Origin: Tubulanus polymorphus | Lineage: Eukaryota; Animalia; Nemertea | Direction: 5' to 3' | NCBI RefSeq assembly: GCF_964204645.1 | Contig: NC_134032.1 | Coordinates: 4,488,175-4,552,174 of the forward strand | DNA: 64,000 nucleotides | In this document: one piece after another, positions 12,618 to 23,449 of the stretch | How positions within the stretch are numbered: position 1 is the stretch's first letter | Layout of the letters: each line of letters starts with the position of its first letter | Program-made: the position numbers and the translations under genes | The notes under the pieces: model-generated | What the model saw: the letters and a program-made list of their open reading frames with translations, nothing else | Database searches by the model: none | Told to the model about the DNA's origin: nothing

Positions 12618-14053
12618 ATGGCAGAAGGTGGAGAAGATATTGGAATTGATACTTTTGGTGACGCTCCCGGTATAAGTGATGAACAACCACCTGATTTTGA
12701 TGAAACAAGTTTTAGTAATGATAATAAAACAGAATATAATACTAATTTAAATACACCTGAATTTAAAATAAAACACGTTCAAAGATAAGTGCTGAAAATG
12801 AAGTACCAGAATTAACCGGAAAAGAATTTAAATATAATAAAATTGCTAGTGATTTTAAACCAATGTTTAAAAGATCTGGTTTCAATATAACAAATAAAGG
12901 TATGGATTATTTAGTAGAAGGTTTGAAATATTTTAATGGTGATTATTATTGGGAATTGAAAGGCGACTATTATTTTAAGATTTCAAATCTTTAAAGTACC
13001 GATAAAATAATAAAACAATCAACTTTTAATTTATTAAGTCAAGATAGAATTAAGAAAATCATTAATGATGATATAACTAATGTTACAAAAAAAGAAAGAG
13101 ATGATAATATAAGAGAATTTAAACAAAGAAATGATTATTTTTTTACGATAATTAATGAAAATTTAGAACCAGAAACAATTACTAAAGAAGTTATTAATTC
13201 CAAAACTAGTAAACCTAATTCAAGAGAAGTTCAAACTGAAAAACTTTTACCGAAGGGATTACTTGGTGCAACAGATCAAGAATTAGAAGATTTAAATATA
13301 TTTTCTGATAAAGCAATTAGAGAGATTATTAGTATAAGACATGCATCTGATAAAATTGCGCATGATAAAAGTATAAGAGATTTTAAAATTAGAACTTTAG
13401 AAAAAGAATCAACTGACAAAAATAAAGAAATATAAAAAATAAAGTCTGATCTTGATCGTCAAGCAATTGATGAAATGGAATATAGGCAAAAAGAATTACG
13501 TTTAGAAAAAGAAAAAGATGATTTAGAATATAACATAGAATTACAAAAAGAAGAAATTAAATTATTATTAAAATCATATGATTATAATATTAATAGATTA
13601 AAAGTTGTTGTTAAAGATTTGTTGATTAAACCAAATTCTGAAATATCATTGAAAGATAGAATAAAATTATTATTTAAGTTTGAAGGAATAACAGTTCTTT
13701 CAATTCTAACAGCTGTAACTATGGTATTTACAACAATTGGTTTAGCAATATCAAATGCTTTGAAATCTACTCCTACTCCTACTCCCAATAAACCGGATAA
13801 ACCTCCAGATAATAATTCTATACAAGATAAAGTTAAAGATGGTTTAAAGAAATTAGCAAAATATTTATGGGAACTATGTAAAAAATCTGCTGCAGCATTA
13901 CCAGGAATTATTGCATCAATTGTTGGTTTTATATTGAAATCTGAAGGAAACATTATCAACTTTGCTGCCGAACATATTATTTTATTTTTAATTACAGTTG
14001 TAAGTGCTATTATTTTTGGGTTAGTAAATATGATATCAAAAAATATCAAGTAA
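12618..14053 (+). pseudogene. Long coiled-coil protein with C-terminal membrane helices
   Basis: Starts MAEGGED at TAAATG; stops and frameshifts; last ORF 13475-14053 has a coiled-coil, TM, Pro linker, amphipathic helix and TM; homologue at 23450-24872. Confidence 0.7.
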
Positions 14054-14093
14054 CCATGATAAAAAATAAATAATTAATTTTTTTGTTAAATAA

Positions 14094-15341
14094 ATGAGTG
14101 GGAGTTATATCAATCCTTCTAAGAATCATAGAATATCTAATGCTATTAAAGCAGAAAGATCACATCATATAATTACTCATAACCCTTCTCATATTAATCC
14201 CGATGAAACTTTATATGTTAGAATTCCTAAATTAACACAAAATACTTTTTACGTTCCAAATAGTATTTATTTATCAGCCGATATAAAAGTAATTGGTAAT
14301 GATAATAATTATGTTGTTGATAATGTTGGGAGATATTTGATTAAAAAATTAACTATAAAGATTGGTCCAGAAACAGTTTTCTCATTAGATGATTATAATT
14401 TATTTATGCATTATAAAGATTTATGGTTAACTAAAGAAAATAGAAATAATATGATATTTCAAGGAATCCAATCAGAAAACCAAAATAAATTAAGATCAGG
14501 AGCTAATGACGCAATAGTAACTCGTACCGCAGATAATTTGATAAAAAAGATTTATGGAAGCAAATATAAAATTCCATAAGACTTTGAATTGATAAATAAT
14601 AATGCACCTTTATATAAATACGCAATTCAAGAAGACGTTATATTCGAACTAACATTTGCTCCTGTTAATGAAATTGTATTATCTAGCGTTAATAAAGATA
14701 TGAGTTATAAATTATCGAATATATGTTTAGAATATGATACAGTAACTGATGAAAATATTTCAAGTATAATTCAAACTCAATACAATCAAAGATTTTCATT
14801 ATTATATGATTATATTGATAAATTTAAAACTGTAACTATTAATGCAAATGATGAAATTATTAATGAGAATATTAACTTCCCAAGGAGATCTATTAAAGGC
14901 ATATAAATATTTTTTACCATTGCAACATATACTAATGGCGCAATAAATGTTGATAATTATTATAATCCTGAAATAACAAAAGTAGAAATAACAATCGAAG
15001 GAATAGCAAATAAAATATTTTGTCAAGGAATGAGAATGATAGATCAATGGCCGGAAATTAGAAAACATTTTATGAATGAAAAAGTGAAATCATCTGAAAA
15101 TTGTAACATTAATCAAATTGATTATTATACCGGCAATAAATATGCATTATGGTTAGATTTTAGAACAACAGAGGATAATTCATTACATGGTTCTGGAAAA
15201 AAACTACAGAACACTGAAGATGGAATACAATTATTCATGACAAAGAAAAAAGGAAGTCTAAATTTCAAAATGCACATTTATATTATATCTGACGCGCAAT
15301 TAAATATTGTAAATTCACAATTAGATAGTGTTATGTATTAA
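14094..15341 (+). pseudogene. Major capsid protein (double jelly-roll), broken into 3 ORFs
   Basis: ~415-aa beta-rich protein (NPSHINPDETLYVRIP, IKKLTIKIG, YALWLDFR) in the Polinton capsid position; near-identical copy at 22174-23418. Confidence 0.8.
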
Positions 15342-15373
15342 AATTTTAACTTTAATAAATATTTATTATATAA

Positions 15374-16171
15374 ATGGAAGGAGGTAAAGTATATAAACAT
15401 ATTCCATACATCGATACACATGAAAATAATGATGGTTTATATTATGTAATACCTTGTAATATAGCTTTGATATTTGATCCTATTTTCAAAATTTATAAAA
15501 CTAAACTAATAGAAATCGATAATAATAAAAGTGGTGTTGTTGATAATTTAAGTAATGTAATTGATAATAATGTAATACCTACTACATCTAATAATGTAAT
15601 ACCTACTACATCTAATAATGTAATACCTACTACATCTAATAATGTAATACCTTCTACATCTAATAATGTAATACCTTCTACATCTAATAATGCAATAATA
15701 TTAAATGTTAGTGAAAATAGAAATTATTGTGATTATTGTAATGGTGAATTTTCAAACGTTCCATCAAATTGGAATAATCATATGAATACAAATTCACATA
15801 TTATTAATGTTATAGAACGTGTTGGTATAAGAGAATTTATAGAACACCCATTTAGATATGTAACAAAGTTTGTTTCAAATAAAAAAGTAGATGGTAAAGA
15901 TTTATATAAAGATTTATTAGGTGAATTTTTATCTAAGGAACCTTGTAATGACGAATTAGATTTATCTGCTGCTAAAAAAATACTAGAATCAAGCATTGTA
16001 AATACAATATTAAGGTCTAACACTAAGAAAGATGATAATGAAAATGGCGCCGTATGGCACCAACATGGTGATATAGTTACAGATAAGCATATTGATAATA
16101 AAGATTCTATGAAACTTAAATCAGAAAATAAAGATATAGTTGAGATGACTAATAAGTATATCAATACTTAA
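15374..16171 (+). CDS. Hypothetical protein with NNVIPTTS repeats and a C2H2-like zinc finger
   Basis: 265-aa ORF; CDYC..HMNTNSH; probably extends past a frameshift to ~16298. Confidence 0.6.
   Translation: MEGGKVYKHIPYIDTHENNDGLYYVIPCNIALIFDPIFKIYKTKLIEIDNNKSGVVDNLSNVIDNNVIPTTSNNVIPTTSNNVIPTTSNNVIPSTSNNVIPSTSNNAIILNVSENRNYCDYCNGEFSNVPSNWNNHMNTNSHIINVIERVGIREFIEHPFRYVTKFVSNKKVDGKDLYKDLLGEFLSKEPCNDELDLSAAKKILESSIVNTILRSNTKKDDNENGAVWHQHGDIVTDKHIDNKDSMKLKSENKDIVEMTNKYINT
15566..15690 (+). repeat. 24-bp coding minisatellite x5
   Basis: AATAATGTAATACCTWCTACATCT repeated five times. Confidence 0.95.
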
Positions 16172-16388
16172 ACCAATTATTTATGAAGATTCGGTAAAAA
16201 GGGTGAAGAATAAGTATAAAAATAATAAAGAATTTGAAGAAGAAAATTCGGTAGAGAATTTGAGAAAATTGTTAGGGCATGATAGTGAAAGTGATTAAGA
16301 TATTAATTATATTTAACTCAAATAATAATATTAGTTGAAAATTGTATAAAATAATAGTAAATAAAAAAGGGGGTTTTAAGTATTTAAG

Positions 16389-16443
16389 GTATCTAATACA
16401 TATCTAATACGTATCTAATACGAATCTAATACGTATTTAATAC
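16389..16443. repeat. 11-bp tandem repeat x5 in the convergent intergenic gap
   Basis: GTATCTAATAC consensus, flanked by inverted ATTTAAGGTAT / ATACCTTAAAT. Confidence 0.85.
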
Positions 16444-16512
16444 ATATTATTTGAAAATACCTTAAATTATATTTCTTTTTTAAATTTATATTATAGATAG
16501 ATATATAAATAG

Positions 16513-17124
16513 TTATTTTATAAATTTATATTCATATGGAAATTGTAGTCTCAGTAATAATTTTGAACCTTTATTATTCTTTAATTTATTCATATATTCG
16601 TCATGTAATTCAGTAGGTATAATTTGATTTTTTTCCAATGATTGTTGCATAGATTTTTTATCTTTGTTATAAAATAAAACTAGAAATCTTATATTCTCCC
16701 TAAAGTCTTTAACAATTGAATTATATTTTTGATTTAAAACCCATGTTGTTATCCCAAAATGTCTTCCAGAGAAAGCTAAATAACATAACTCACTTTCTCT
16801 CACTTTTGAATCATGTAAATTTGCGCAATCATCTACAATGAATAATGTATTTGATCCTTTATAAGTATCAATTGCCATTTTAATACAATTATCTAAATTT
16901 TCTTTTACTGTTTTAGGATTTAATATAATAAACTTTTTTATCTTAACTATATCTCTATTATATGTTTTATTCATTTCATAAGTAGGACAAAATAATATTA
17001 TGTTATCAAAATGATTCTTATAAATAGTTTCTAACAAATCTAATATGAAATGTGTTTTACCACAGTTTGTTACTCCAGTAACTAACATATTATGCGGTTC
17101 AAATATAAATAAATCTTTATTCAT
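16513..17124 (-). CDS. A32-like (FtsK/HerA) genome packaging ATPase
   Basis: Walker A GVTNCGKT, Walker B LFIVDD, SGRHFGIT, R-E-N motif; intact. Confidence 0.92.
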   Translation of the reverse strand: MNKDLFIFEPHNMLVTGVTNCGKTHFILDLLETIYKNHFDNIILFCPTYEMNKTYNRDIVKIKKFIILNPKTVKENLDNCIKMAIDTYKGSNTLFIVDDCANLHDSKVRESELCYLAFSGRHFGITTWVLNQKYNSIVKDFRENIRFLVLFYNKDKKSMQQSLEKNQIIPTELHDEYMNKLKNNKGSKLLLRLQFPYEYKFIK

Positions 17125-18208
17125 TTATTCTTTTAATTTTACTAGATTAAATCCATTCATTAAATTTATTATCGTATCCTTTATATTTCACCAAAGAATA
17201 CTTTTTTCCTTTAAGAGTTTTTGTTTTCAATACTTTTTCTATTTTGTATTCTATTTCATCTGGATTTGGTACAAGTGATAATTCTTGTTCATAGAACTAA
17301 CCTAATATTTCTTCATCTTTTAGATCTTCTAGTTTATAAACAAAAGGTTTAGTTAATATTATCTTTTTAATTTTAAATATTTCTTCAGTAAAATTAGGGT
17401 TATAACCTTTATAAAAGGTTTTTCTATATTTAGATATTCTAACGTGTTGTCCTATTTTAAATTTAGGTTCTCCGAAATCATGTGTAACAAACGCTCCGTA
17501 TAAATTATTCCTAACTATTTCTGAATTATCTTCTTTTCTAGCTTGTATAGGTTTCATATTTATAGAACTATGTTTAGAATTATTTTAACCTTTCACTAAA
17601 TCATCTAACACATCGATATATTTATATGTTTCATTAGCAGTAAAGTATTTCAATATTCTAGTTTTCAATGTTTTATTAAATCTTTCTATAATAGATGCTT
17701 TTTTATCTGAATGTGTTGAAAAATATTTTACATCGTTATCATATAATAGTTTTTTAAAATGTTTGTTATAAAATTCCTTACCTTCATCAAATTGTATCTT
17801 ATCTGGAAAAGCTTCTTTAAATATAGATTTAAAAGCATTTGTAACTTCTATACCAGTTTTATTTTTGATTGGAATTGACCATGCGTATCTACTGAATATG
17901 TCTATGACATTTAATATCCAGAAATATCCTTTGTTGTGTTCTTCTAAGTTCTTCATCTCAATTAAATCAGCTTGCCATTGTTGATCGATATATGAAACCA
18001 TAACTTTTCTTGTTAAATAAGTTTTATCCATTTTCTTGTGAATTTTATATGTTGGTTGATTTTGTAACCATGATTTTAATTCACTATATTTTATACCACC
18101 ATTTTCTTTATCAGATTTAATTTTATCCCATAATTCTGAAACGTTAGAATATGATACTTCACTCTCTGGGTTATAATATAAATCTCTTAAATATTGTTCT
18201 TTTTTCAT
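17121..18208 (-). pseudogene. int: Retroviral-like (rve) integrase with C-terminal chromodomain
   Basis: WQADLIEM, IDIFSRYAW, QFDEGKEF, ERFNKTLK; C-terminal EYKIEKVL..LVKYKGY..NEW; stops at 17585 and 17297. Confidence 0.93.
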
Positions 18209-18214
18209 CTTATT

Positions 18215-18583
18215 TTAATCCATTAATAATAATTTAGATTTAGTTTCAATGGTTTTAGGATTTGACTTATTTTCTGGTATGATAGGTTTATTATCATTGG
18301 AATCATCTTTATCATCGAATTTGAATTTTGATTTATATATTACACCGGATAATATAATAACTGTTACTAATCCAATTGTAATATATAATTTATAATTACT
18401 TCCAGCATTAGAAGAATCAGATGGATTATCATTCGAATCAATATCAGATAAAGTCTGTGATTCATTTATATCAGTTAATTTCTTTTTCTTAGCTTTTTTT
18501 AATTCTGAAGATCTTTTACCTAATTCTCTTGCCCATTTAATTTGTTTTTCAGATCTAGCCTTTTTCTTAACTCCATCACTCAT
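18215..18583 (-). CDS. Basic single-TM hypothetical protein
   Basis: 122 aa, Lys-rich N-terminus, TM LYITIGLVTVIILSGVI; TAAATG start. Confidence 0.6.
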   Translation of the reverse strand: MSDGVKKKARSEKQIKWARELGKRSSELKKAKKKKLTDINESQTLSDIDSNDNPSDSSNAGSNYKLYITIGLVTVIILSGVIYKSKFKFDDKDDSNDNKPIIPENKSNPKTIETKSKLLLMD

Positions 18584-19184
18584 TTATTTTAGTTAATTTT
18601 TGTTCTGATTCATTTTCTGTTTCGACGTTTGGTTGTAGTACAGCGCCATCTGTTTCGTTCTTACCTGATTTATATTCCATAGGCTTGATATTCGAAAATG
18701 TAATGACGCCAGTAGAAATTAATGTCATAACCGATCCTAATTGAAATGAAGCATAACCAACCCATTTTTGTAATTCAGTCATAACTAAGTAGTCATTTTT
18801 CAAATCACTATATAATTTATTTTCATCATCAATTGGTATTAACTGGTTACATAACTTAGAATAACATTTGACAATACCATCTGAAATAGAATCATTTATT
18901 CGGGATAATCTAGCTTCTTCATAAATCTTAAAATATTTCATTACTTTATCTGGTTTCATAACATCTAATTCTTGAAAAGTAATAGTCTTAGTTAAAAACT
19001 CTTTAGTTTTTCCACCGGCAATCAATAGTTCTAGATGATGCTTACAATATAAATAGTATTCATAATCAATATTACAATTAACTTGAGCACAATTAGTTAC
19101 AACTGTATCTTTATTATCACTTATACCCAAATCATCTAATGTCTTTTCAATATCAATACTATTCTTATTAGATGTCTTTGACAT
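18576..19184 (-). CDS. Hypothetical Polinton protein
   Basis: Intact 202-aa ORF, TAAATG start. Confidence 0.65.
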   Translation of the reverse strand: MSKTSNKNSIDIEKTLDDLGISDNKDTVVTNCAQVNCNIDYEYYLYCKHHLELLIAGGKTKEFLTKTITFQELDVMKPDKVMKYFKIYEEARLSRINDSISDGIVKCYSKLCNQLIPIDDENKLYSDLKNDYLVMTELQKWVGYASFQLGSVMTLISTGVITFSNIKPMEYKSGKNETDGAVLQPNVETENESEQKLTKINE

Positions 19185-19486
19185 TTATATTAGAGAAATT
19201 TAATAAGAAAAATATTATAAGTATTATAAAATGATACTAGATAGTTAAAGCTAAAGAATTCTAGTATTGACTACTGATACTAGCTATTTGAATTTAAGGA
19301 ATTTCTATTTGAATCTATTCAAAATATAAAGTATTCTCTTTTTGAAAAGAAAATATTAAAAATATAATAGAATTCACTAGCTAGTTGAAGTTATTGTTTT
19401 TTTATTATATTTTATTTGAATTCTATTTGATATCTCACTACTTTTGTTTATCTATTAGGAGCAGTAATTATAACTGTCCAGATAAG

Positions 19487-20164
19487 TCATTTCGGATCCT
19501 TGATATCAAATTCCTCAACGTATTGTTCATTATTTGGATCATTGTTCCATTGATCAATAAATTTCTTTGCCTTTGTTAACTGTTCTAAATATAACTGTAA
19601 ATCTAGTTTATTAGATTTAATTATGTTTTCCTTCTTTTCTAAAGGTCTAAAATTTTTCCAACCCCAAATAAGTATTTTATTATATTCATCATTCATGTTA
19701 AATTTAGATATCGGTAACACGTGATCAATATGGTAATAATCCCCATAATTATCTATATACATTTTATCATCGAATTGAAATATAATCCATGATTTTAAGA
19801 ATTCATCTGAACAACCCAATAAATTAGATAGTGTTTCTGAATGCGTTTCTTTGTTGAATAATTGTGTTAATCTAGATCTTAAGCATTGTTTCAATCTAAA
19901 ATTAAGATCTGTTTGATATCTTACTCTCATATATTCCGCCATATAATAATTATAATGTTCTATATTATCTTCTCGATATTGTTTGGTATATAGTTTAAAA
20001 CAGGTTTTACAGCAATATTGAAAACCATCTTTGCTAATCTTACGCTTACTAAATTCTGTTATAGCTAATTTATCTAATTCACACTTAGAACACTTCTTGT
20101 AATATATATTTATAACACCAGTGTTATTTGTAATATTTATAGTTTGTGGTTGTTCTGATTCCAT
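19487..20164 (-). CDS. HNH homing-endonuclease-like protein with N-terminal Zn ribbon
   Basis: KKCSKC..KDGFQYCCKTC; YHIDHVLPIS..NFRPLEKKENIIKSNK, like HNH proteins of large DNA viruses; intact. Confidence 0.8.
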   Translation of the reverse strand: MESEQPQTINITNNTGVINIYYKKCSKCELDKLAITEFSKRKISKDGFQYCCKTCFKLYTKQYREDNIEHYNYYMAEYMRVRYQTDLNFRLKQCLRSRLTQLFNKETHSETLSNLLGCSDEFLKSWIIFQFDDKMYIDNYGDYYHIDHVLPISKFNMNDEYNKILIWGWKNFRPLEKKENIIKSNKLDLQLYLEQLTKAKKFIDQWNNDPNNEQYVEEFDIKDPK

Positions 20165-20309
20165 TTATTATACGTATTTTTTTACTAAATTGGTTAATAT
20201 TTTATAATCCTCTTCCATTTCTTCGACCAACGTCATCCTTTTTCATTCCTCGCTGCTTTTGATAAGTCTTTTCGATTCCTTGATATCTAAATCATACCAG
20301 TTACAATAC

Positions 20310-20650
20310 CCGCGTCACATGCGGACATACAGGCGCGCTTTTGCTTAATGCGCATGCGTTAATCATAATTATATATTCATTCTATAAATTCTGTAAAATA
20401 GAAACAATACATGCGTTACATGTGTCACATGCGGCCATTTATGGCCGGTTTTGCTTAATGCGCATGCGTTAATCATAATTATATATTCATTCTATAAATT
20501 CTGTAAAATAGAAACAACTGAACATAGAAAATTCAAACGTATTCATGTCCTCGTCACATGCGTTACATGTGTCACATGCGGCCATTTATGGCCGGTTTTG
20601 CTTAATGCGCATGCGCTAACCATAATAGAAACGACTGAACATAAAAATTC
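20310..20650. repeat. Subterminal imperfect direct repeats (~110-150 bp, 3 copies)
   Basis: TTGCTTAATGCGCATGCG at 20341, 20451 and 20598; CATGCGTTACATGTGTCACATGCGGCCATTTATGGCCGG at 20410 and 20557. Confidence 0.85.
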
Positions 20651-21360
20651 ACCAATCAGATTTACACAATACATTACACAAGTTGTTCGGCCGTTTCTTC
20701 CAATATATCATTTGATTTCTATAAATACAATTTATAATTACAAACATTTTTTCAATTGCTGGTAAATATTAAACTACATCAACAAATGTTAAACTTAATC
20801 ATTGGAGTCTTAATGTTTTTGAAATTCTTATATAGTTTCTTCGTCGACCTTTTGGTGATTCTTGTGTTTCTTGTGCTAATTTCTATTGGTTCGATATCCA
20901 CATTGCTGTTGATTCCTCAGTCAGAAAGAGTATCTTGAGTTTCTCTATCACTTCTTGATGCGTATGGCGTTTTATTAATCTAAAAGATATTAGCGGCAAC
21001 TCTAGCCATCTAAAAGATATACTAAATACACTTAAATATATCTAAAGGTTTCATATTTAATAGCCCTAATAACTACAAAAAACAGTACTTACATTTAGAT
21101 TTAGAATGGTAAACTATAAACTCCTAATTTCGTTTCGATAGATAGAATATCCTGAGCACAATGTTACAGCGCCTGTTCATTTCTTGCCACGTCATCTGGT
21201 TCCGGTTCTAGAGTGTTCTCTACACGTTTGCAATAATGATTCATATGTCTCGGCGTCATAGTAACAGCTGTAACAGCTGTGAATTTATAGATTTATTCAA
21301 TCGTTCATTACATGGAATGTATATAGGCTCAAATAGAATCATGTTCTAGTATAAACAGCT

Positions 21361-21738
21361 ATGCATTATTTCAATCACACTTTACTAACACTTTTAATGT
21401 TTAAAAATCTAACTCACACAAGTATGAATATTGAAATAATGTTGTAAATATATACTTTTATATTGAATAATCTGTCAATTTAAATGTTATTCATTTACAT
21501 GAATATTTTAAGAGTAATAGGGGTAATGGGCTTTCATATCAAAGGTTGAATGGTCGAGTTCATTAAAAACAATTATTAAAAGTAATTTAAAACTATAATA
21601 TATTTTCATAACCGTGTGTATTTCAGTTGAATAATAGATTAATTATTATTATTTGAATATATTGATTATATGAATTTGTGTATTGTAAATAAATCAATTG
21701 GTCGAGGAGCGGAGCGGTAGCGACCAATTGATTTATTT
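21361..21738 (-). repeat. Right terminal inverted repeat with terminal hairpin
   Basis: Mirror of 4074-4453; 18-bp perfect stem 21687-21704 / 21721-21738. Confidence 0.95.
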
Positions 21739-22143
21739 GATGTTTGTACAGCATCTTTTCTATAAAGTGGGAAGCTCCATACATAACGACTAAAAATATC
21801 AATTATATTCAATACCCACCAATAATCATCATTATCTTTCTTAACATTTTTCATATCAATTAAATCTCCTTGTCACTGTTGATCTACATAACTTGCCATA
21901 GTTTACGAGTTTTATATTTTCTAACAATTTTTTTATGTGTTGTATGTGTTGGTTGTTCTAACATAAATTCATTTATATCTTTATATTTAACTAAATTTTG
22001 TGGGATTATCTAATCTAATTTATGTTGTTTTACTTGACGCCATATATTTTTGGTAGAAGAATAAGCAACCGAACTCTCAGGGTTGTAATGTAAATTTCTT
22101 AAATATTTTTTTCTTTAGTATTAGGACTTTTTTTACCGCCCAT
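21739..22143 (-). pseudogene. Polinton integrase, N-terminal fragment cut at the hairpin end of element 1
   Basis: HYNPESSVAYSS..WWVLNIIDIFSRYVWSFPL. Confidence 0.85.
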
Positions 22144-22173
22144 TTATATATCCTTAATTTTAACTTAATATTT

Positions 22174-23418
22174 CTAATATTGAATAATTTCTAATTGAGA
22201 ATTCATAATATTTAATTGCGCGTCAGATATAATATAAATTTGCATTTTGAAATTTAAGCTTCCTTTTTTCTTTTTCATGAATAATTGGATCCCATCTTTA
22301 GTATTCTGCAGCTTTTTCCCAGAGCCATGTAATAAGTTATCCTCTGTTGTTCTAAAATCTAACCATAATGCATATTTATTGCCGGTATGATAATCAATTT
22401 GATTAATATTACAATTTTCAGATGGTTTTATTTTTTCATTCATAAAATGTTTTCTAATTTCTGGCCACTGATCTATCATTCTCATTCCCTTACAAAATAT
22501 TTTATTTGCTATACCTTCGATAGTTATTTCTACTTTTGTTGTTTCAGGATTATAATAATTATCAACATTTATTGCACCATTAGAATATGTTGCAATGGTA
22601 AAAAATATTAATATACCTTTAATAGATCTTCTTGGGAATTTGATATTCTCAATAATTATTTCATCATTTGCATTAATAGTTACAGTTTTAAATTTATCAA
22701 TGTAATCATATAATAATGAAAATCCTTGATTGTATTGAGTTTGAATTATGCTTGAAATATTTTCATCAGTTACTGTATCATATTCTAAACATATATTCGA
22801 TAATCTATAACCCATATCTTTTATTACACTTGATAATACAATTTCATTAACAGGAGCAAATGTTATCTCGAATATAATACCTTCTTGAATTGCGTATTCA
22901 TATAAAGGTGCATTATTATTTATCAATTCAAAATCTAATGGAATTTTATATTTGCTTCCATAAATCTTTTTGATCAAATTATCTGCAGTACGAGTTACTA
23001 TTGCGTCATTAGCTCCTGATCTTAATTTATTTTGATTTTCTGATTGCACGCCTTGGAAAATCATATTATTTCTATTTTCTTTTGTTAACCATAAATCTTA
23101 ATAATGCATAAATAAATTATAATCATCTAATGAAAAAATTGTTTTTGGACCAATCTTTATAGTTAATTTTTTAATCAAATATCCAACATTATCAACAACA
23201 TAATTTTTATCATGGCCAGTTACTTTTATATCAGCTGACAATTAAATACTATTTGGAACATAAAAAGTATTTTGATTTAATCTCGGGATTCTAACATATA
23301 AAGTTTCATCAGGATTGATATTAGAAGGATTATGAGTATTTATATGATGAGATCTCTCTGCTTTAATAGCATTAGATATTCTAGAATTCTTAGAAGGATT
23401 TATATAACTCCCACTCAT
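22174..23418 (-). pseudogene. Major capsid protein, second copy
   Basis: Highly similar to 14094-15341; 296-aa ORF plus a broken 5' part. Confidence 0.85.
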
Positions 23419-23449
23419 TTATTTAACAAAAAAATTAATTATTTATTTT

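Larger units (their letters stand above)
4074..21738 (+). mobile_element. Full-length Polinton/Maverick (adintovirus-like) endogenous element, ~17.7 kb, pseudogenised
   Basis: ~370-bp TIRs enclose pPolB, penton, MCP, A32 ATPase and rve integrase; very AT-rich. Confidence 0.93.

Noticed and set aside
4060-21750. 6-bp target-site duplication of the Polinton
   Set aside because: Flanks GATGCGTCC and GATGTTTGT do not form a direct repeat adjoining the ends.
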